Assembly (NCBI GenBank): GCA_965248835.1
Contig: CBDFLJ010000001.1
Location: forward strand, 448,001-512,000
DNA length: 64,000 bases
Reading direction: 5' to 3'
Origin: Alphaproteobacteria bacterium
GTDB taxonomy: Bacteria > Pseudomonadota > Alphaproteobacteria > MPNO01
Shown here: one piece after another, positions 8,320 through 23,052 of the stretch
Layout: each line of letters opens with the position of its first letter
Numbering within the stretch: the stretch's first letter is position 1
Notes under the pieces: generated by a model
Databases searched by the model: none
The model's input: the letters and a program-made list of their open reading frames with translations, nothing else
What the model was told of the DNA's origin: nothing
Position numbers and translations under genes: made by a program

Positions 8320-8728
8320 GGCGGTCTCCTGCTTCGGGCCGGCCGAGGCCTGCACGCCGCGGGGCCTCGAGCATCTCCTTGATGTAGCGCAAGTTGGCCA
8401 TCACCGGTTGGAGATCGCCTTCGATGGAGGCGTTGCCGAACCGGGTCATCGCCAACAGGTCGTGGTAGCCGGGCGCGGGTACCGGCTGCCAGAATTTCCG
8501 CCAGGCCTCCGCGCCGGCACGGATCGCAAACCGCCAGGGCCGCATCAGGGCCGGGCCGCGCGCGGTGCCGATGATCACTCCTTCGCGAATCCGCAGCAGA
8601 ACCGGCAGTTCCGGACAGCCGACCTCGATGTCGCAGCTCATGTAGCGGCCCCTGCGGACCAGATCCGCGTCGGCGTTGACGATCCCCGGCAGGCGCTCGA
8701 ACACCTCGGCGACATCATCCTCGGTCAT
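8309..8728 (-). CDS. Hypothetical protein (possibly SCP2-like), overlaps the hydrolase start
   Basis: 139-aa ORF with plausible RBS; IEGDLQPVMANLRY tail; overlaps the downstream start. Confidence 0.7.
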   Translation of the reverse strand: MTEDDVAEVFERLPGIVNADADLVRRGRYMSCDIEVGCPELPVLLRIREGVIIGTARGPALMRPWRFAIRAGAEAWRKFWQPVPAPGYHDLLAMTRFGNASIEGDLQPVMANLRYIKEMLEAPRRAGLGRPEAGDRHGR

Positions 8729-8799
8729 CGCGACTCCATCCCTGTCACCGTGCCGATTCTACTATCATCTGGAGCGGTCAAGTGATTCGCCGGGGAAAG

Positions 8800-9717
8800 A
8801 TGAAGATCGCGGTTATGGGAACCGGTGGCGTCGGCGGTTATTTCGGCGGCCATCTGGCGCGTGCGCACGAGGTGGCGTTCATCGCCCGCGGCGCGCATCT
8901 GCGGGCGATGCGAGCGGGCGGGCTCAAGATCACCGGGGAGCGCGGCGACATCGCGCTGCCCGCGGTGACGGCCACCGACGACCCGGCGAACATCGGCCCC
9001 GTCGATGTCGTGCTGTTCTGCGTCAAGCTCTACGACACCGAGGCCGCGGCCGAGGCGATCCGGTCAATGGTGGGGCCGGACACCCGCGTGCTGTGCCTGC
9101 AGAACGGGATCGACGGGCCGGAGACGCTCGCCGCGCGGTTCGGTGAGGACCGTGTCCTGGCCGGGGCGGCCTATGTCGCGGCGTCCATCGTCGCGCCGGG
9201 TGTGATCGGCTACACCTCCGACATGTCGCGGATCGTCTTCGGCCCGATGCGGGGCGCCCCGGACGGCTTTGCGGCCGCCTTCGCCGCGCGGTGCCGGGAG
9301 GCCGGCTTCGAGGCTGAGGCATCGCCGGAGATCGCCGTTGTCCTGTGGACCAAGCTGATGCTGCTTGCGGCAAATGCCGGGCTGTCCAGCGTATCGCGCG
9401 TGCCGCCGCGGGCGATCTATGACGACCCGCTGTCTCGCGCGGTCGCCCTGGAGGCGATGGCCGAAGTCCGCGCCGTCGCCGCCGCACGCGGGGTCGAGAT
9501 CGAGCCATGCGCGGAGGACGCGCTAGCCGCGTTGTGCGACACCTATCCGATGGATCTGTACCCGTCGATGTACAGCGACCTGATCGGCGGCCGGCGACTC
9601 GAACTCGACGGGCTTGCCGGGCTGATCGTCCGGCTCGGCGCGGAGGCCGGCGTGCCGACCCCGGTCAACCGCACGCTCCATGCCGCGCTCAAGCCCTACA
9701 AGGACGGCCGGGCCTAG
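8800..9717 (+). CDS. panE: 2-dehydropantoate 2-reductase (ApbA/PanE family)
   Basis: MKIAVMGTGGVGG, FCVKLYD, LQNG, WTKL, SMYSDL..GRRLELD. Confidence 0.88.
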   Translation: MKIAVMGTGGVGGYFGGHLARAHEVAFIARGAHLRAMRAGGLKITGERGDIALPAVTATDDPANIGPVDVVLFCVKLYDTEAAAEAIRSMVGPDTRVLCLQNGIDGPETLAARFGEDRVLAGAAYVAASIVAPGVIGYTSDMSRIVFGPMRGAPDGFAAAFAARCREAGFEAEASPEIAVVLWTKLMLLAANAGLSSVSRVPPRAIYDDPLSRAVALEAMAEVRAVAAARGVEIEPCAEDALAALCDTYPMDLYPSMYSDLIGGRRLELDGLAGLIVRLGAEAGVPTPVNRTLHAALKPYKDGRA

Positions 9718-10109
9718 GATGCGATCGCGACGCACTCGATCTCGATGTCGAACGGCGCGGGCCAGGATCCGACAGTCACGAACGTGCGCGCCGGCGGGGC
9801 ATCACCGAAATACTCGCGATAGATTGCATTGATCTGCCCGAAATAGGCGGCGTTCGCACAGAACACGGTCGTCTTGACCACCTTGTCGAGACCCGAGCCG
9901 GAAGCCTCGAGGACGGTCTTGAGGTTATCCAGGACCTTACGGGTCTGCGCCTCGATATCGCCCTTGATCATCGCGCCGGCGGCGTAGTCCTTGGGCGGCA
10001 TGCCGGAGACGAATACGAAGTCGCCCGCGCGCACCGCGGCGGACAGCGGCGGATCGCCGGGGCCGGCGGTGTCGCTGATCCCGGGGACGTGCATGATTTC
10101 CTTTTCCAT
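9714..10109 (-). CDS. RidA/YjgF family protein
   Basis: AVRAGDFVFVSG, VVKTTVF, PPARTFV, IEIECVA. Confidence 0.9.
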   Translation of the reverse strand: MEKEIMHVPGISDTAGPGDPPLSAAVRAGDFVFVSGMPPKDYAAGAMIKGDIEAQTRKVLDNLKTVLEASGSGLDKVVKTTVFCANAAYFGQINAIYREYFGDAPPARTFVTVGSWPAPFDIEIECVAIAS

Positions 10110-10123
10110 AGCCTTCTCCCTTC

Positions 10124-13926
<3,803 letters not shown>

Positions 13927-13931
13927 GAGCC

Positions 13932-14768
13932 CTAGAACATCCAGTCGAAGGCGCGCGCGAAGAACCCGCGGTCGTCCGGCGGACGCGTGTCCCGACCGCT
14001 CGCGAGCGCGTAGCTGTCGCCGTACCACTGGCTGCCGGGATAGTTGTGTCCCAGGACGGAGGCGGCTTTCCGGGCCTCTTCCTGCAACCCCAGCGCAGTG
14101 TGGGCCTCGACCAGCCGGTGCAGGGCTTCGGGCACGTGCGAAGTGGTCTGAAAGTCGTCGACAACGATGCGGAAGCGGTTGATCGCGGCCAGGTAATGCC
14201 CGCGCCTGAGATAGAACCGGCCGACCTCCATCTCCTTGCCCGCAAGATGATCCCTGGTCAGGTCGATCTTGAGCTTGGCATCACGGGCGAAGGCCGTCTC
14301 CGGGAACCGCCTGATGACCTCCTGCAGCGCAGTGAAGGCCTTCTGGGTATTGAGCTGGTCGCGCGAGACGTCGGAGATCTGTTCGTAGTGGCACAGCGCA
14401 CGCAGATAGTAGGCGTAGGCGATGTCGCGGTTTCCCGGATGGAGCTGGATGAACCGGCCGAGCGCGATCAGGGCTTCATCGTAGAGCTTGGCCTGATAGC
14501 TGGCGAAGGCTGCCATGAGCTGGGCCTTGGACGCCCAGACCGAATAGGGGTGCTGACGCTCGACATCGTCGAACAGTTTCGCCGCGGCCAGGTAATCCTC
14601 GCTCTGCAGCGTGTCGACCGCCTGGTTGTAGATCTCGTGGACCGGCCGCTCGACATAGCGCTCGGTGTCTTCGGACTCGCTCGAACCGCAGGCCGCAAGC
14701 AGCAGGATCGATGCGATCAACCCGCATCGACCGCAGAACCGGACCGGCACACTCGACGGTGACGCCAT
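13932..14768 (-). CDS. bamD: Outer membrane protein assembly lipoprotein BamD
   Basis: LLLAAC lipobox, TPR repeats, ERQHPYSVWA, HLAGKEMEVGRFY. Confidence 0.96.
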   Translation of the reverse strand: MASPSSVPVRFCGRCGLIASILLLAACGSSESEDTERYVERPVHEIYNQAVDTLQSEDYLAAAKLFDDVERQHPYSVWASKAQLMAAFASYQAKLYDEALIALGRFIQLHPGNRDIAYAYYLRALCHYEQISDVSRDQLNTQKAFTALQEVIRRFPETAFARDAKLKIDLTRDHLAGKEMEVGRFYLRRGHYLAAINRFRIVVDDFQTTSHVPEALHRLVEAHTALGLQEEARKAASVLGHNYPGSQWYGDSYALASGRDTRPPDDRGFFARAFDWMF

Positions 14769-14948
14769 CCATACCTCGATGTCTCGCGCGCACGGCCGGC
14801 GTGCGCGGCAGCGAGTATACCATGGCGACGGTTCGAGCTTAAGCCGCCCGGGCCGGGCTGGCCCGGCGTTTCATGCCGCTGCGCCGACCGGCACGGCGGC
14901 ATGCAGGCCGCACCCCGCCTCGCCGGTCGACGAGGCGGGGTGCTCCGG

Positions 14949-16553
14949 TCAGTTCGCCTGGCGCCGAAGGAAGGCCGGGATGTCCAGAAGGTCGTCCTCG
15001 CTGCCGGCGCTGGGCGCGGTATCCTCGGGGACGAACTCATCGAACGTCGGCTGAGCCGGCGCGGTGGCCCGTGCGGTCGCGGCGTCCGGTTCCAGCTTCG
15101 GCTCCGGTGGTAGCAGCGGCGGCGCGGACGCCGGGGCGCGGGGCTCCAGGACCGGGCTGATCGGCGCGATTGCCGGCTCGTCCTCGGCGACCTCGCGTCG
15201 GCGCCGTGTCTTGCTGCCCCCCGTCATGCGCTCGAGCAGGCTCGGGCTGCGCCGCTGCTGATGTTCCGGCTCGTCCTCTTTCACGGTCGCGGAAAATTCG
15301 AGCCAAGCACTTCCGATCTCCCGGGAACCGATGTCGAGGTCGATGGCCAGCTCCTCGTCCAACACCTCGTCCAGCGGCGGATGCCCGACCGGATCGGCCG
15401 GCTCGTCGAAGGACGCCACAATAGCAGGCTCCGGATCGTCTTGCGGCTCCGGCGCCGGTTCGTCGATTGCCAGCATCGGCCGCATCGCGGCAGCGGGCGG
15501 CGGGGTGGCGGCCGGCGGCGGCACGGCAGCGGCTTTCTTCGCCTCGGTCACCACCTTGAGCACCGGCTTGGCCGGCATGCCGGCCTCGACCTCGATGCCG
15601 GTCGCAACGACGGAGACCCGCATGCGCTCCCCGAGGTTGGGGTCCAAGGTCGAGCCGAAGATGATGTTGGCTTCCGGGTCGACTTCCTGACCGATCCGGT
15701 TGGCTGCCTCGTCGACCTCGAACAGGGTCATTTCGGGGCCGCCGGTGATGTTGATCAGCACCCCGCGTGCGCCCTTCATCGACACCTCGTCGAGCAGCGG
15801 GTTGGAAATCGCCGCCTCGGCGGCCACGGTCGCGCGCTGCTCGCCCTCGGCCTCGCCGGTGCCCATCATGGCCTTGCCCATCTCGCCCATCACCGTGCGG
15901 ATGTCGGCGAAGTCGAGGTTGATCAGGCCGGGCACGACCATCAGATCGGTGATGCCGCGCACGCCGGAATGGAGAACCTGGTCGGCCATCGCGAAGGCAT
16001 CGGCGAATGTCGTCTTCTCGTTGGCCACCCTGAACAGGTTCTGGTTCGGGATCACGATCAGGGTGTCGACATATTGCTGCATCTCCTGGATGCCGGCGTC
16101 GGCAATGCGCGCGCGGTTGACGCCTTCGAAGTTGAAGGGCTTGGTGACCACACCGAGGGTGAGGATGCCATGCTCGCGGGCGAGCCGCGCGATGACCGGC
16201 GCCGCGCCGGTGCCGGTGCCGCCGCCCATGCCGCCGGTGACGAACACCATGTTGGTGCCGGACAGGTGGTCGGCCAGCTCCTCTATCGCCTCTTCGGCCG
16301 CGGCGCGCCCGATCTCCGGACGGGCCCCGGCGCCCAGGCCGTGGGTGATGTTCTGGCCGAGTTGGATCTTGCGCTCGGCCAGAGACTGGACCAGCGATTG
16401 GGCATCGGTGTTGGCAACGAGGAAATCGACCCCCTCGAGCTTGGCGTTGATCATGTTGTTGACCGCGTTGCCGCCCGCGCCACCCACGCCGATCACTGTG
16501 ATTCTCGGTTTCAATGCACTCTCCTGCTGCGGGACCGAAAGGTTGATGGTCAT
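14949..16553 (-). CDS. ftsZ: Cell division GTPase FtsZ
   Basis: GGGTGTG tubulin signature; C-terminal [12 protein letters not shown]; long alphaproteobacterial linker. Confidence 0.99.
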   Translation of the reverse strand: MTINLSVPQQESALKPRITVIGVGGAGGNAVNNMINAKLEGVDFLVANTDAQSLVQSLAERKIQLGQNITHGLGAGARPEIGRAAAEEAIEELADHLSGTNMVFVTGGMGGGTGTGAAPVIARLAREHGILTLGVVTKPFNFEGVNRARIADAGIQEMQQYVDTLIVIPNQNLFRVANEKTTFADAFAMADQVLHSGVRGITDLMVVPGLINLDFADIRTVMGEMGKAMMGTGEAEGEQRATVAAEAAISNPLLDEVSMKGARGVLINITGGPEMTLFEVDEAANRIGQEVDPEANIIFGSTLDPNLGERMRVSVVATGIEVEAGMPAKPVLKVVTEAKKAAAVPPPAATPPPAAAMRPMLAIDEPAPEPQDDPEPAIVASFDEPADPVGHPPLDEVLDEELAIDLDIGSREIGSAWLEFSATVKEDEPEHQQRRSPSLLERMTGGSKTRRRREVAEDEPAIAPISPVLEPRAPASAPPLLPPEPKLEPDAATARATAPAQPTFDEFVPEDTAPSAGSEDDLLDIPAFLRRQAN

Positions 16554-16584
16554 CAGCGTCTCCTCGCTCTAAGGATTGGTGTGT

Positions 16585-17829
16585 TCATTGGATGCTCTCG
16601 CGTAGCCATTGACCCAGCCGGCCGAGCTTGCCGTTGGGGTCTGCGGTGCCGCGCACCGCGAAATCGGGCTGGCCGTGGCGCTCCAGGGCGAACCTCAGCA
16701 GTCCCGCCACGGTCGAGAACGCAGGACCGCTGACCGCCTCGGCCAACCCGTTCATGCGCATCGGCCGACCGAGCCGGACCTGCTTTCCGAGCATCAGGGT
16801 TGCAAGCTCTCGCACGCCGGCAAGCTGGCTCGCCCCGCCGGTCAGAACCATCCGCCTGCCCGCGAACCGGGCCATGCCGTTGGCCTCCAGCCGGTCGCGG
16901 ACGAGCTCGAAGATCTCCTCCACCCGGGGCCGGATGATGCCGACCAGCAGTGAGCGCGGAACGTGGTTGGGCTGGTTGCGGTCCTCCTCGCCGACCAACG
17001 GGACGTCGATCAGCTCCTGCTCATCGGACGGCGAGGGCAGCACGCTGCCATAGAGCACCTTCATCCGCTCAGCATGGACCAGCGGCGTCGACAGCCCGCG
17101 GGCAATGTCCTTGGTGACGTGCCCACCGCCCAGCGGAACCACGTCGGTCAGGACCACATGGCCGTCGTAGAAGACCGCTAGCGACGTCGTCCCGCCGCCC
17201 AGGTCGACCACCGTGGTCCCAAGGTCGATTTCGTCCTCGACCAGGCAGGCCAGACCCGCCGCATAGGGCGATACCACGACCTCCTCGATATCGAGGTGGC
17301 AGCGCGAGACGCAGGTCGTGAGGTTCTTCAGCGCGCCGGACTCCGCGCTGACAAGGTGCATGTCCACGCCCAGGCGCTGGCCGTACATGCCGCGCGGGTC
17401 GTGAATACCCCGGTTGCCGTCGATGTTGTAGGCGATGGGGATGCAGTGGATCAGCGAGCGGTTGTCGCCGCCGTTGCGTGTCAGACCGTGCCCGTAGACC
17501 CGGCGAAGATCCGCATCGCCCACCTCGTGGCCGTCGATCTGCACCTCCACGCCGAACATCCGCGAGGACGGCCGGCCGGCGGAAATGTTGGTGATCACCG
17601 AGCGCAGCCGCTCCCCGGCGAGCTCCTCGGCCGCGCTGACCGCGGTCAGGATCGCGGTCTCGGCCGCCTGCATGTCGACAATCGCGCCGGCGCGCACGCC
17701 GCGCGCGGCATGATGACCGATGCCGCTTACCCGCATGCCGCCTTCGGGCCGCAAGGAGGCGATCAGGCAGGCGATCTTGGAGCTGCCGATGTCGAGTGCG
17801 GCAAGCACGCCGTTGCGCGGCTTGGCCAT
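16585..17829 (-). CDS. ftsA: Cell division protein FtsA
   Basis: ALDIGSSKIAC, VDLGGGTTS, LTGGASQL; synteny. Confidence 0.97.
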   Translation of the reverse strand: MAKPRNGVLAALDIGSSKIACLIASLRPEGGMRVSGIGHHAARGVRAGAIVDMQAAETAILTAVSAAEELAGERLRSVITNISAGRPSSRMFGVEVQIDGHEVGDADLRRVYGHGLTRNGGDNRSLIHCIPIAYNIDGNRGIHDPRGMYGQRLGVDMHLVSAESGALKNLTTCVSRCHLDIEEVVVSPYAAGLACLVEDEIDLGTTVVDLGGGTTSLAVFYDGHVVLTDVVPLGGGHVTKDIARGLSTPLVHAERMKVLYGSVLPSPSDEQELIDVPLVGEEDRNQPNHVPRSLLVGIIRPRVEEIFELVRDRLEANGMARFAGRRMVLTGGASQLAGVRELATLMLGKQVRLGRPMRMNGLAEAVSGPAFSTVAGLLRFALERHGQPDFAVRGTADPNGKLGRLGQWLRESIQ

Positions 17830-18650
17830 CAGCGTTGTCCTCCCGGCTGCGGTCCGGGCGCATCGCTGCGGGTGACGACGATGCGGTCGGAAATCCTGAG
17901 ATCGATCGCCGAGATTTGGCGCGCGAGCAGCGCATGGCGCCGCTCGAGCCGCGCAAGCATGCGCCAGGCCGCTTCCTCGCCCGCCTCGGGCAGCCGCACA
18001 TCGATGCCGTTGTCGAGCCGCAGGTCCCAGCGCCGCTCGCCGACCCGGATGACCGCCTCGACCCGGCTGCCGAGATCGGGTTCGGTGGAGAGCGTCGCGA
18101 AAAGTTGCTTGGCGGCCTGGGGCGTGCGCGTGCCGACGATCAGCGGCAATCCGGCGAAGCGATGGAGGTCGCGCTCGGCGAGCACGATCCCCGCCTCGTC
18201 GATCAGGAACAGGCTGCCGCCGCGCTGCCACAGCGCGAAGGGCCGGCGTTCGACGATCTCGATCACCGCGGTGCCGGGCAGGAGGCGGGAGACGACCGCC
18301 CGCTCGATCCACGCCATGCGCTCCAGGCGGGTGCGGATCGCCGCCGGGTCGAAGGCGAGGATCGGCGCGCCGAGCCGCAACTCCGATTCGCCCAGGACCG
18401 CCTCGCGTGTGATGTGGCCGTTGCCGGTGATGCGAATCTCGCGGATGTATAGGCCGAGATCGGCTGAAGCCGCGACTGCCGCCTTGCGGGCGTGGGCGGC
18501 GTAACCCGGCGCGAGGCCGGATTGCCAGAGCCAGGCCGGTCCCCCGAGGGTGAGCACGACGAAAACCGCGGCCAGCGACAGGGCCGTCACCCTGCGCGCG
18601 CGCGCGAGGTGTGCCCTCAAGACTTCGCGGCGCGGCCCAGTCCGGTTCAT
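17829..18650 (-). CDS. ftsQ: Cell division protein FtsQ
   Basis: Single TM, POTRA domain, ERRPFALWQ, RRWDL, IDLRISDR; lies between ddl and ftsA; start may be the GTG at 18659. Confidence 0.92.
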   Translation of the reverse strand: MNRTGPRREVLRAHLARARRVTALSLAAVFVVLTLGGPAWLWQSGLAPGYAAHARKAAVAASADLGLYIREIRITGNGHITREAVLGESELRLGAPILAFDPAAIRTRLERMAWIERAVVSRLLPGTAVIEIVERRPFALWQRGGSLFLIDEAGIVLAERDLHRFAGLPLIVGTRTPQAAKQLFATLSTEPDLGSRVEAVIRVGERRWDLRLDNGIDVRLPEAGEEAAWRMLARLERRHALLARQISAIDLRISDRIVVTRSDAPGPQPGGQR

Positions 18651-19567
18651 CCGTCGCACCGTGCTTGCTCCACCATCCAGCTCACCAGGGTTGCGAAGTC
18701 GACGCCGGCATGGGCCGCGAGCTCCGGCACCAGCGACAGCGGGGTCATGCCGGGCTGGGTGTTGACCTCGAGCAGATAGACCGCCTCCGGCCCGCCAGCG
18801 GTATCGTCGTAGCGCAGGTCGGCTCGCGACACGCCGCGGCAGCCAAGCGCCTTGTGGGCGGCGAGCGAGACGCTCATGGCCTTCGCGTAGACGGTCTCGG
18901 GCAGCGGCGCGGGGATCAGGTGCTCCGCCACCCCTTCGGTATATTTTGCCGTGTAGTCGTAGAACCCGACCTTGGGGCGGATCTCGGTCACGCCCAGCGC
19001 ACGCTCGCCCATCACCGCAACGGTGATCTCCCGACCCGGCACATAGCGCTCGACCATCACGGTCTCGCCGAACGGCCAGTCGTCTTCGATGAACGGCGCA
19101 TCTTCGGCGTCTTCGGTGACGATGCGCACGCCGAGGCTGGAGCCCTCGTTGAGCGGCTTGATCACGTAGGGCCGTTCCATCGGCTCGCCCACAATCACCG
19201 CTTCGCGGGAGGCGATGATGTGCTCGGAACAACGGATCCCGGCATCGCGGTAGAGCCGCTTCGCCATCGGCTTGTCCATCGCCAGCGCGGATGCCAGCAC
19301 ACCGGAATGGGTGTAGGGAATTCCCAGAATCTCCAGCAGGCCCTGGACCCGCCCGTCCTCGCCGTAACGGCCGTGCAACGCGTTGAAGACCACGTCCGGC
19401 GCCGGGTCGAGCGCCGGCGCAATCGCAGCGATATCCCGGCCGACATCGAGCGTGGCGGCATCGTAGCCGGCCTGCCGCAACGCCTCGGCGACCGCATTGC
19501 CGCTGACCAGAGAAACCTCGCGCTCGCGCGAGATACCGCCCATCAGGACCATGACCGACTTAGCCAT
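18647..19567 (-). CDS. ddl: D-alanine--D-alanine ligase
   Basis: GGISREREVSL, LHGRYGEDG, EGSS, LEVNTQPGMT. Confidence 0.97.
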   Translation of the reverse strand: MAKSVMVLMGGISREREVSLVSGNAVAEALRQAGYDAATLDVGRDIAAIAPALDPAPDVVFNALHGRYGEDGRVQGLLEILGIPYTHSGVLASALAMDKPMAKRLYRDAGIRCSEHIIASREAVIVGEPMERPYVIKPLNEGSSLGVRIVTEDAEDAPFIEDDWPFGETVMVERYVPGREITVAVMGERALGVTEIRPKVGFYDYTAKYTEGVAEHLIPAPLPETVYAKAMSVSLAAHKALGCRGVSRADLRYDDTAGGPEAVYLLEVNTQPGMTPLSLVPELAAHAGVDFATLVSWMVEQARCDG

Positions 19568-20495
19568 CGCCGCCTCGCCCGGCCGCTTGGCCAAGACGTT
19601 CGATCTCCCACTCGAGCACAGCGCCGGTGCGCTCCTCGACCCGGCGGCGCACCTCCTCGCCCAGCGATTCCAGCTCACCCGCACTCGCACCACCGGTGTT
19701 GATCAGAAAGTTCGCGTGCTGGTCGGAGACCTGCGCGGCCCCGACGCGCAGGCCTCGGCACCCGGCCTGATCGATCAGCGCCCAGGCCGCACCGCCCGGC
19801 GGGTTCTTGAAGGTGCTGCCACCGGTGCGCGAGCGTACCGGTTGGGTTTCCCGGCGCGAGGCCGCGATCTGCTCCATCCTGGCCGATATCGCCGCGCGCG
19901 AATCTCCGGCCCCGCGCAGGTGCGCGGCAACGAAGATCCACCGGGGCGGGACCGCACACGACCGGTAGCCGTAGCCCAACGCATCGCCGTCCAGGTGATG
20001 GCTCGTTCCTGCGGGATCGAGCGCCGTGGCGCTGACGATCACGTCCTTGATCTCGCCGCCGTAGGCACCTGCGTTCATCCGCAAGGCGCCGCCGATCGTG
20101 CCCGGGATGCCGCACAGGAATTCGAGGTCGCCGATGCCGGCATCGCGGCAGGCGCGCGCGACGGTGACGTCCATCGCACCGGCGCCGACGCGGACGTCCA
20201 CACCGGAACAGGCGATCTCCGCGAACGGGCGGCCCAGGCGGACAACGACGCCTGCGATCCCGCCGTCGCGCACGAGCACGTTCGAGCCGACGCCGAGGAC
20301 GGTGACCGGCACTTCGCGGGGCCGCGCGCGCAGGAACGCGGCGAGGTCGGCGGCGTCGGCCGGCTCGAACAGGATCTCCGCCGGCCCGCCGACGCGGAAC
20401 CACATGGTGTCGGCGAGCCGGGCCTGCGTAGTGATGCGGCCGCGCACCGGCGGCAGCCGATCGACCAGGCGGGGCTCCAGCGACGCCGCCATCAT
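19560..20495 (-). CDS. murB: UDP-N-acetylmuramate dehydrogenase
   Basis: [39 protein letters not shown]. Confidence 0.97.
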   Translation of the reverse strand: MMAASLEPRLVDRLPPVRGRITTQARLADTMWFRVGGPAEILFEPADAADLAAFLRARPREVPVTVLGVGSNVLVRDGGIAGVVVRLGRPFAEIACSGVDVRVGAGAMDVTVARACRDAGIGDLEFLCGIPGTIGGALRMNAGAYGGEIKDVIVSATALDPAGTSHHLDGDALGYGYRSCAVPPRWIFVAAHLRGAGDSRAAISARMEQIAASRRETQPVRSRTGGSTFKNPPGGAAWALIDQAGCRGLRVGAAQVSDQHANFLINTGGASAGELESLGEEVRRRVEERTGAVLEWEIERLGQAAGRGGDG

Positions 20496-21934
20496 GATCC
20501 GATCTCCCGGCCGGCCGCGGACGGCGCCTCGAACAGCGCGTCGAGCCGTTGCGGTAAGGCGTTGGCCCAGGCGGTGATGCTGCCGGCACCGAGGCAGACG
20601 ACCAGATCGCCGGGCCCGCACAAATCGGCGATCACCTCGGCCAGCGTCTCCGGGTCCTCCAGCGCCAGCACGCTGCGGTGGCCGCGCGCGCGCAGGCCCG
20701 CGACCAGCCGATCGCGGTCATAACCCTCGATCGGCGCCTCGCCGGCGGGATAGACCTCGGCGACGATCACCATGTCGGCGTCGTTGAAGCAGGTGCAGAA
20801 ATCCTCGAACAGGTTGGCGAGCCGGCTGTAGCGATGGGGCTGGACGACCGCGACCACCGCACGCTGGCAACTTGCCCGGGCAGCGGCCAGGACCGCGGCA
20901 ATCTCTACCGGGTGGTGGCCGTAATCGTCGATGACGGTGATGCCGCCGGCCTCGCCGGTCCGGGTGAACCGCCGCTTGACGCCGCTGAAGCCGGCGAGCC
21001 CGCGCCTGATCGTCTCCTCGGCGATGCCCATCTCGGTGGCTATCGCGATCGCCGCCAGCGCATTCTGGACATTGTGGTTTCCAGCCATCGGCAGCACGAG
21101 CCCGCAAAGCGTCCTGGTCTGGCCAGTGTTTCGTTCGGCGATCACCACATCGAAACGCGACCCGGTGGCCAGGGTCGCGACATTGACCGCCCGGAAATCG
21201 GCCTGAGGACTCATCCCGTAGGTCAGCAACCGCCGATCGGAGACCTTGTGGATCAGCCCCTGCACCTCGGGGTGGTCGATGCACAAGGCGGCGAACCCGT
21301 AGAACGGGATGTTGGCGACGAAGGAGACGAATGCCCGCCGCAGGTCGGCGAAGGAGCCGTAGAAATCCAGATGCTCCGGGTTGATGTTGGTGACCACCGC
21401 GACGGTCGCCGGCAGCTTGACGAACGAGCCGTCGGACTCGTCGGCCTCGACGACGATCCACTCGCCGTCGCCGCGCCGCGCGTTGGTGCCGTAGGCGTTG
21501 ATTATCCCGCCGTTGATCACCGTCGGATCGAGGTCGGCGGCCTCCAGCAGGGCGGCGACGATCGAGGTGGTGGTGGTCTTGCCGTGGGTGCCGCCGACTG
21601 CGATCGACCATTTGAGGCGCATGATCTCGGCAAGCATCTCGGCGCGGCGGACGATCGGGATCAGCCGGGTCCGGGCATCGACGACCTCGGGGTTCCCGGA
21701 CGTGATCGCCGAGCTGGTCACGACGACCGTCGCATCGCCGAGATTGGCCGCGTCGTGGCCGACATGGACCGTGATCCCGAGGTCGCGCAGCCTGACGACG
21801 TTGGCGCTTTCGGCGACGTCGCTGCCTTGGACGCGGTAGCCGAGATTGTGCAGCACCTCGGCGATGCCGCTCATGCCGATGCCGCCGATGCCGACGAAAT
21901 GGATGGTGCCGACCGAAAGGGGCAGAGGTCTCAT
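20492..21934 (-). CDS. murC: UDP-N-acetylmuramate--L-alanine ligase
   Basis: [39 protein letters not shown]. Confidence 0.98.
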   Translation of the reverse strand: MRPLPLSVGTIHFVGIGGIGMSGIAEVLHNLGYRVQGSDVAESANVVRLRDLGITVHVGHDAANLGDATVVVTSSAITSGNPEVVDARTRLIPIVRRAEMLAEIMRLKWSIAVGGTHGKTTTTSIVAALLEAADLDPTVINGGIINAYGTNARRGDGEWIVVEADESDGSFVKLPATVAVVTNINPEHLDFYGSFADLRRAFVSFVANIPFYGFAALCIDHPEVQGLIHKVSDRRLLTYGMSPQADFRAVNVATLATGSRFDVVIAERNTGQTRTLCGLVLPMAGNHNVQNALAAIAIATEMGIAEETIRRGLAGFSGVKRRFTRTGEAGGITVIDDYGHHPVEIAAVLAAARASCQRAVVAVVQPHRYSRLANLFEDFCTCFNDADMVIVAEVYPAGEAPIEGYDRDRLVAGLRARGHRSVLALEDPETLAEVIADLCGPGDLVVCLGAGSITAWANALPQRLDALFEAPSAAGREIGS

Positions 21935-23052
21935 GCCGCCCTGCTCCGTGAAGCGGGGCCCTCGCGCCGGACGATGCGCTCGACCTGGTCGGCAAGCAGC
22001 GCAGCAGCGTCGGGCATCGCCATCGCGCGGATGGCGGCGGCGGCATGGGCGAGCGCGGCGTCATCGCACAGCAGTCCCGCCAGCCGGTCGGCCAGAGCCT
22101 GGGCGGTGAATTCGGTCTCGGGCATCACCCAGGCGGCACCCTGGGCCTCCAGCGCCCGCGCGTTGGCGAGCTGGTGGTCGTCGGCGGCAAGGCGGTAAGG
22201 GACCAGGATCGCCGGGCGGGCAATTGTCATCAGCTCGGTGATCGACGAAGCCCCGGCGCGGGTGACAACCACGCTCGCCTGCCCCATCCGGTCGGGGAGG
22301 TCGTCGAAAAAGGCCTTCACCTCGGCGTCAGCCGCGATCTCGCGGTAGGCCGCCGCAACGCGGTCGCAATCCTCCGGGCGGGCCTGCTGGACGATGCGCA
22401 AGCCCGCCCGTGCCGGCTCCGGCAGAAGCGCGACCGCCGCGGGCACCACGTCGCTCAGGATCCGCGCGCCCTGGCTGCCGCCGATGATCAGGACCATGTC
22501 GGGTTGGGGCCTCGAATAGGGCAAGCCGCCGCGCGCGGCCGCGGCCGCGCGCACCGGGTTGCCGGTGTGCACGGTCTTGCGCGCGTCGTTCGGGCGCAGG
22601 CCGGCAACGGCGGCGAAGCCGGTCGCGATGACATCCACCCGCGGCGCAAGCACCGCGTTGGCCCGGCCGAGCACGGCGTTCTGTTCGTGGATCATCGTCG
22701 GCAGCGCGGCTCTTGTGGCGGCGAACACCGTCGGCACCGAGGGGTAGCCGCCGAAGCCGACGACGGCCGCGGGCCCGATGCGGGCGAGCAGGCGGCGGGC
22801 CTGGAGCCAGCCGCGGCACAGCGACGCGGCACCCCGCGCCTTGCCGCCGATGCCGCCGGTCGGCGAGCGCGCGGCGATGCGGTGGACCGGTGTGGCGGCC
22901 GCCCCGCCGCCGAACCCCGCCCCCCGGGCGTCGCTGATCAGCACCGTCGCCCGGCCGCGGTCGCGGAGCGCGCCGGCCAGCGCCTCGGCAGGGAACATAT
23001 GGCCGCCGGTGCCGCCGGCGGCCAGGACGACGGGGCGTGCCGCGGCGTTCAT
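21931..23052 (-). CDS. murG: Undecaprenyl-PP-MurNAc-pentapeptide GlcNAc transferase
   Basis: [34 protein letters not shown]. Confidence 0.97.
   Translation of the reverse strand: MNAAARPVVLAAGGTGGHMFPAEALAGALRDRGRATVLISDARGAGFGGGAAATPVHRIAARSPTGGIGGKARGAASLCRGWLQARRLLARIGPAAVVGFGGYPSVPTVFAATRAALPTMIHEQNAVLGRANAVLAPRVDVIATGFAAVAGLRPNDARKTVHTGNPVRAAAAARGGLPYSRPQPDMVLIIGGSQGARILSDVVPAAVALLPEPARAGLRIVQQARPEDCDRVAAAYREIAADAEVKAFFDDLPDRMGQASVVVTRAGASSITELMTIARPAILVPYRLAADDHQLANARALEAQGAAWVMPETEFTAQALADRLAGLLCDDAALAHAAAAIRAMAMPDAAALLADQVERIVRREGPASRSRAA

Noticed and set aside
14949-15600. Long Pro/Ala/Glu-rich FtsZ C-terminal region as a novelty
   Set aside because: Long linkers are normal for alphaproteobacterial FtsZ.
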